Below are positions 8,641 through 12,427 of a stretch of 12,427 nt of DNA, in pieces. How positions within the stretch are numbered: the first letter of the stretch is position 1; each line of letters begins with the position of its first letter. Made by a program: the position numbers and the translations under genes. Origin of the DNA: an uncultured Dehalococcoidia bacterium (GTDB taxonomy: Bacteria; Chloroflexota; Dehalococcoidia; Lucifugimonadales; UBA3495); contig CATMOE010000083.1 in assembly GCA_950072105.1 (NCBI GenBank), positions 1 through 12,427 on the forward strand, read 5' to 3'. The notes beneath the pieces were generated by a model. The model saw only the letters and a program-made list of their open reading frames with translations, was not told the DNA's origin and did no database searches.

Positions 8641-10248
8641 ATGGCCGACCATACCGTAACCGTCGATCATTCTGCCACGCCTTCGACGATCGAATATTCG
8701 CCAGTCTTTAACGTGGCCGTCACCATGATCGACCGTCACGTGGCGGAAGGACGGGGCGGCTACCCCGCCATCATCAACACGGACGCCGGCACCGACCCAG
8801 AGGACGGCGCCGATAAACAAGTCACCTTCCAGCAACTGGCCGAACGGGTCAACCGGTGCGGCAACCTGCTCAGCTCCTTCACCTCGGAGCCCGGCGGCCG
8901 GATCTTGATGGTGGTCAAAGATTGCCCCGAATTCTTCTACATATTCTGGGGGGCCATCAAAGCTGGGCTGGTGCCGGTGCCGTTGAACACCCTGCTGCGG
9001 GCCAGCGACTACCAGTTCATGATCGAGGACTCGACCTGCGCCGGCCTGGTGTATTCGCCGGAGTACCGGTCCGAAGTCGCTCCCGCCCTCGCCGCCACCG
9101 GGCACAATCCGGATTTCGTCTTCTGCACCGAAGGTCCAAGTGGAATGTCTGGGATGTTGGATGATTATTCCGCGATTCTGGAGCCGGCTCCGGCCACTGC
9201 GGACTCGGAGTGCTTCTGGCTCTACTCTTCAGGCTCAACCGGCCGGCCCAAGGGCGCTGTGCACCTTCACAGAGACATCGCAGCCACGTGCGTCCATTAC
9301 GCCATTGATACCCTGGGAATGACCCAGGAAGACATCTGTTTCTCGGCCGCCAAGCTGTTCTTCGCCTATGGACTGGGGAACGCCATGACTTTCCCGCTGT
9401 GGGTCGGCGGGACCGCGGTGCTCAGCGGCCAGCGGCCGTCCCCGGAAATGACTTTTGACATCATTGAGGAGCACAGACCGACGATTTATTTCGGCGTGCC
9501 GACCCTGTATGCCGCCCAATTGCGGGCATTGGACGAGAAGGCCCGGGATTTCTCCTCGGTCCGCTGCTGCGTTTCAGCCGGTGAAGCCCTGCCGGCAGAC
9601 ATCTTCCGGCGCTGGGAAGAAAAGACGGGGACGCTGATCCTGGACGGCATCGGCTCCACGGAGGCGTTGCACATCTTCATCTCCAACACCATAGGCGACT
9701 ATCGTCCGGGCACCAGCGGGAAACCGGTGCCTGGCTACCGGATGAAGATCTTGGACGATGAGGACAGCGCTGTGCCTGTTGGCGAGCCTGGCCGACTGTT
9801 GATCCAGGGCGACTCAACGTCACCTTATTATTGGAACAACGCAAGAAAGACGGCGGAGACCATGGTGGATGGGTGGCTAAACACCGGCGACACCTACTTC
9901 CAAGACCCGGACGGCTACTATGTCTATTGCGGCCGCAGCGACGACATGCTGAAGGTCGGCGGAATCTGGTGCTCTCCGGTAGAAATCGAAAGCCGCCTGA
10001 TCGAGCACCCGAAAGTGCTGGAGGCCGCCATCGTGGGCCGTCCAGACTCCGATGAACTGATCAAACCGGAAGCATTCGTTGTGTTGAACGACGCCAGTGA
10101 TGCCTCCGACTCCCTGGCCGATGACCTGCTGAAGCACTGCCAAGACGGCCTGGCCCGTTACAAATACCCCAGGTGGGTCAACTTTGTCGACGAACTGCCC
10201 AAGACAGCGACAGGCAAGATCCAGCGCTTCAAGCTCCGTTCGGGTTAG
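8641..10248 (+). CDS. Benzoate-CoA ligase (BadA/BclA family)
   Basis: 535 aa ANL-family adenylating enzyme: WLYSSGSTGRPKG, SAAKLFFAYGLGN, SAGEALP, DGIGSTEALHIF, GRSDDMLKVGG, PKTATGKIQRF. The FFAYG and LHIF segments are typical of benzoate-CoA ligases. SD AAGGAG at 8628-8633. Confidence 0.93.
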   Translation: MADHTVTVDHSATPSTIEYSPVFNVAVTMIDRHVAEGRGGYPAIINTDAGTDPEDGADKQVTFQQLAERVNRCGNLLSSFTSEPGGRILMVVKDCPEFFYIFWGAIKAGLVPVPLNTLLRASDYQFMIEDSTCAGLVYSPEYRSEVAPALAATGHNPDFVFCTEGPSGMSGMLDDYSAILEPAPATADSECFWLYSSGSTGRPKGAVHLHRDIAATCVHYAIDTLGMTQEDICFSAAKLFFAYGLGNAMTFPLWVGGTAVLSGQRPSPEMTFDIIEEHRPTIYFGVPTLYAAQLRALDEKARDFSSVRCCVSAGEALPADIFRRWEEKTGTLILDGIGSTEALHIFISNTIGDYRPGTSGKPVPGYRMKILDDEDSAVPVGEPGRLLIQGDSTSPYYWNNARKTAETMVDGWLNTGDTYFQDPDGYYVYCGRSDDMLKVGGIWCSPVEIESRLIEHPKVLEAAIVGRPDSDELIKPEAFVVLNDASDASDSLADDLLKHCQDGLARYKYPRWVNFVDELPKTATGKIQRFKLRSG

Positions 10249-10283
10249 AAAGCTGCGGAGGGTCGGAGTCTTTCTGTGAATAC

Positions 10284-10320
10284 AAAAGCGGCGCCCCGGT
10301 AAACCGGGGCGCCGCTTTTT
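10284..10320. terminator. Bidirectional rho-independent terminator
   Basis: Perfect inverted repeat AAAAGCGGCGCCCCGGT-AA-ACCGGGGCGCCGCTTTT(T) with A- and T-tracts on both sides, between the convergent ligase and TRAP genes. Confidence 0.92.
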
Positions 10321-10353
10321 AGTTCCGTTGAGGAACGAACCGAGAGTCGAGGG

Positions 10354-11502
10354 TTATCTCTTCTCGACCGAACCGTCCGCGGTAACGTAGAGGCCTGTCA
10401 CAGGACCGACCTTTTCGTTGTACAACTGAACGGCTTCTGACTCGAAACCTCCAGCCCGTTCAGCCCATTTTGGAATTACCGAAGACTGCGCCGCGTTTTT
10501 GATGATCTCCAGCATCTCAGGGGTGAAATTGGCGTGGGTCATCCCCAGTTCAATCAAGTCCCCTTCCGATTCTAGGTCAGATTCGAGAGCAGCGGCTTTG
10601 GCCCGCTCGGAGTGCAGGACTCCTTCTTCCAAGATGATCGCCTGGAAGTCAGCGGGGAGACTGGCCCACTGGATGGCGTTGAAGGTGATAAAGGTCTCGG
10701 CGAAAGTGCCCGGGACCGGTCCTGTGAGGTAATCGGTCACTTCAAACCATTTCTGGCCAACAGCACAAGACCCGCAGGTGACCGCGCCGTCGAGAACGCC
10801 GCGCTCCAGGGCCGGATAAACCTCAGCGAACGCCATCGTCTGGGCGGATGCGCCAAGGGTGTTGATCAGGTCGGAGAGCACGTTGCTGTGGCTTCGAGTC
10901 TTAACGCCTTCGAAATCATCCAATGAATTCAAAGGATCTTTAGTGAAGAAATAGTTGGAGGAGTAGTAGTTGAATCCTACGATCTCTCCTCCGCCTGTCT
11001 CTCTTCTCACCAGAGCCTTGATGTCTTCTTGTAGGGCCTCAGAGGCTTCAAACCACTGGTCGATGTTCTCGTAGGCGCCCCAAAGGTTTGCGGCCTCAAA
11101 TATTGGGAACTCACCGCCGACGAAACCGCTGTAGATCTCGCCCAATCCGATGGTCCCATCCTCAAGCAGACGGATCATGTCGAAACCGCTGATACCCAAC
11201 TCAGGGTAGGAGCTCAGTTGTATCTCTATCTGCCCGTTGGTCCGTGTTGAAACGGCATCCATGAACTCTTGAATCACCTTGCAAGGCAACAGGGTCCGGT
11301 TCACACAAACGTATTGGAACTCGAAAGACGCTCCGGTGGTGCCGGTGCTGGGAACAGCGGTAGCAGCCGCGGTGGTAGTAGTGCTTCCACTGCCAGTATC
11401 GCTGCTGGTGGTCGAGCTGTCGTCGTCACCACCGCACGCCGCCAAGATCAACAAGAAGATGCCAATCAAAATCGGGACCGTAAACTTCTGCAACTTCGTC
11501 AT
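10354..11502 (-). CDS. dctP: TRAP transporter substrate-binding lipoprotein, DctP family
   Basis: 382 aa from ATG 11502, with SD AGGAGG (11515-11510). Signal peptide and lipobox (MTKLQKFTVPILIGIFLLILAA-C), then a Ser/Thr-rich linker, then DctP motifs RTNGQIEIQ, PLNSLDDFEGVKTR, MAFAEVYPALERGVLDG, WFEVTDY, WASLPADFQAII. Confidence 0.9.
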   Translation of the reverse strand: MTKLQKFTVPILIGIFLLILAACGGDDDSSTTSSDTGSGSTTTTAAATAVPSTGTTGASFEFQYVCVNRTLLPCKVIQEFMDAVSTRTNGQIEIQLSSYPELGISGFDMIRLLEDGTIGLGEIYSGFVGGEFPIFEAANLWGAYENIDQWFEASEALQEDIKALVRRETGGGEIVGFNYYSSNYFFTKDPLNSLDDFEGVKTRSHSNVLSDLINTLGASAQTMAFAEVYPALERGVLDGAVTCGSCAVGQKWFEVTDYLTGPVPGTFAETFITFNAIQWASLPADFQAIILEEGVLHSERAKAAALESDLESEGDLIELGMTHANFTPEMLEIIKNAAQSSVIPKWAERAGGFESEAVQLYNEKVGPVTGLYVTADGSVEKR

Positions 11503-11730
11503 CGAGTTGCCTCCTCTGGAGAATTGGCCGCGTTTTGCGGCCTTGTTTGATTCAGAGGTCCCTCTTACCCACCTTTTGGCGTGGCTTCCAGGCCTCTTTA
11601 ACTTGAGGGAAACTTTCCCTCGTACAGTTGGACACGTACAATATTTGGTGTGTCCGAGCCTTTGACTTCCCCTAACTGCATCGGGACGCCTTCCACGTAC
11701 CCACATCCCTCAGATTAGGGAAGCAGGTAC
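11503..11730 (-). ncRNA. Candidate structured 5' leader (cis-regulatory RNA) of the TRAP gene, family unassigned
   Basis: Hand-found helices: 11697-11730 hairpin (G-U pairs only on the minus strand); UGCAGUU/AACUGUA (11680-11674 / 11629-11623) enclosing GGACAC/GUGUCC; GAGGGAA/UUCCCUC (11605-11621); GGCCGC/GCGGCC (11526-11542); CCUCUG (11558-11553) complementary to CAGAGG, which overlaps the SD. Confidence 0.45.
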
Positions 11731-11733
11731 GGA

Positions 11734-11763
11734 GATATAAGTTATGCGTATTCATGGTGTCAA
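11734..11763 (-). promoter_or_regulatory. Probable sigma70-type promoter for the TRAP gene
   Basis: Perfect TTGACA (11763-11758), followed after 17-18 nt by an imperfect -10 (TTATAT or TATATC, 11740-11734). Predicted start near 11728-11730. Confidence 0.45.
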
Positions 11764-11956
11764 CTTTTCGAACGGATTCCCTAAGTAAATCTAAGCGGTA
11801 GATGGCGATTCACGTTCATATGGCTACGAAAAGACGTCACTTATACAACTAAACATTCGCGCAATTTAAAATAAGCCAATCTGTTTCGGCCAAATGTACC
11901 AGGGATTCTGGCTGTTTACGGCACATTCAAGCCCATTTATGGAGAACGTCAGGCCT

Positions 11957-12427
11957 ATGGATGATCTTTTATCCCGAGCTCTGGACCTAGCCTCGGTAAA
12001 GGGTGCGTCCTACTGCGATGTGCGCCTGGTTGAGACCAACCAGGAACGGATCGTCGTGCGCACCGGGGTGGTCGATACCCTCAGCAATGATGGCTCCCTG
12101 GGAATCGGAGTGCGGGTGTTGGTCAACGGCTCATGGGGCTTTGCCTCAACCAACATAGTCTCCCCATCTGAGGTGGACCGCATCACCGGATTGGCGGTGG
12201 AGATCGCCAAGGCTTCATCCCGGTCCAGCAACGGGCCCGTATCCCTGGGGCCGCCGGTGACCAGCCGGGGCGTGTACACCACGCCCATTCAGACTGATCC
12301 TTTCTCCATCTCATCGGAAGACAAACTGGGGCTGTTGTTGGCCTCCGACGAGCGCATGGGTTCGGTCAAAGGCATATCGGCCCGTATGGGAAACTTGATC
12401 TTCATCAAGGAGCATAAAACCTTCGCC
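11957..12427 (+). CDS. TldD/PmbA family metalloprotease, 3'-truncated by the window edge (absent from the ORF track)
   Basis: Hand translation: MDDLLSRALDLASVKGASYCDVRLVETNQERIVVRTGVVDTLSNDGSLGIGVRVLVNGSWGFASTN...DPFSISSEDKLGLLL, open to the window end. GASY.DVR, G.GVRV...G.WGFAS and DPF...EDK are typical of the TldD N-terminus. An alternative in-frame ATG is at 11939. Confidence 0.88.
   Translation, partial: MDDLLSRALDLASVKGASYCDVRLVETNQERIVVRTGVVDTLSNDGSLGIGVRVLVNGSWGFASTNIVSPSEVDRITGLAVEIAKASSRSSNGPVSLGPPVTSRGVYTTPIQTDPFSISSEDKLGLLLASDERMGSVKGISARMGNLIFIKEHKTFA

Noticed and set aside
5615..10143. Long antisense ORFs over the box operon (e.g. 7189..8064, 8191..9105, 6667..7188)
   Set aside because: They overlap well-supported genes almost entirely and carry no domain signatures.
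11560..11690. Assignment of the leader as a cobalamin, glycine or Moco riboswitch
   Set aside because: Only short scattered motif resemblances; the conserved cores and spacing could not be matched by eye.
11503..11706. 68-aa N-terminal extension of the TRAP protein in the ORF track
   Set aside because: The signal peptide and lipobox must be N-terminal, a perfect AGGAGG precedes ATG 11502, and the extension is not protein-like.
11622..11731. Four GTAC words (CACGTAC twice) as a repeat array or LexA-type operator
   Set aside because: Spacing is irregular, there is no GAAC-N4-GTTC-like pairing, and two copies are explained by the 11697-11730 hairpin.
11841..11872. Plus-strand promoter for the TldD gene (TAAAAT at 11867-11872)
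   Set aside because: No correctly spaced -35 or TG extension, so too weak to call.
12010..12288. 92-aa minus-strand ORF
   Set aside because: Antisense to the clear TldD/PmbA reading frame.
1..12427. CRISPR arrays, tRNA/rRNA genes, transposases or integrases
   Set aside because: No regularly spaced repeats, cloverleaf or rRNA signatures, or recombinase motifs were seen.

Overview
Bacterial chromosomal window, probably from a monoderm Chloroflexota/SAR202-like organism (inferred from the F420-type LLM gene and a lipoprotein TRAP receptor). From left to right it holds: the 3' part of a crotonase-family gene; a lower-GC, multiply disrupted 4xGAF-PAS-HisKA-HATPase-REC hybrid kinase bracketed by a degenerate 14-bp direct repeat; an LLM-class F420-dependent oxidoreductase; a divergent aerobic benzoyl-CoA epoxidation operon (boxC-boxB-benzoate-CoA ligase) that lacks the usual boxA reductase; a bidirectional terminator; an orphan lipoprotein TRAP (DctP) substrate-binding gene with a ~225-nt structured leader; and the 5' part of a TldD/PmbA gene. 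The best leads are the boxA-less box operon paired with the F420 LLM gene and the candidate riboswitch-like leader of the TRAP gene. All calls come from motif recognition and hand inspection; no searches or folding programs were run.
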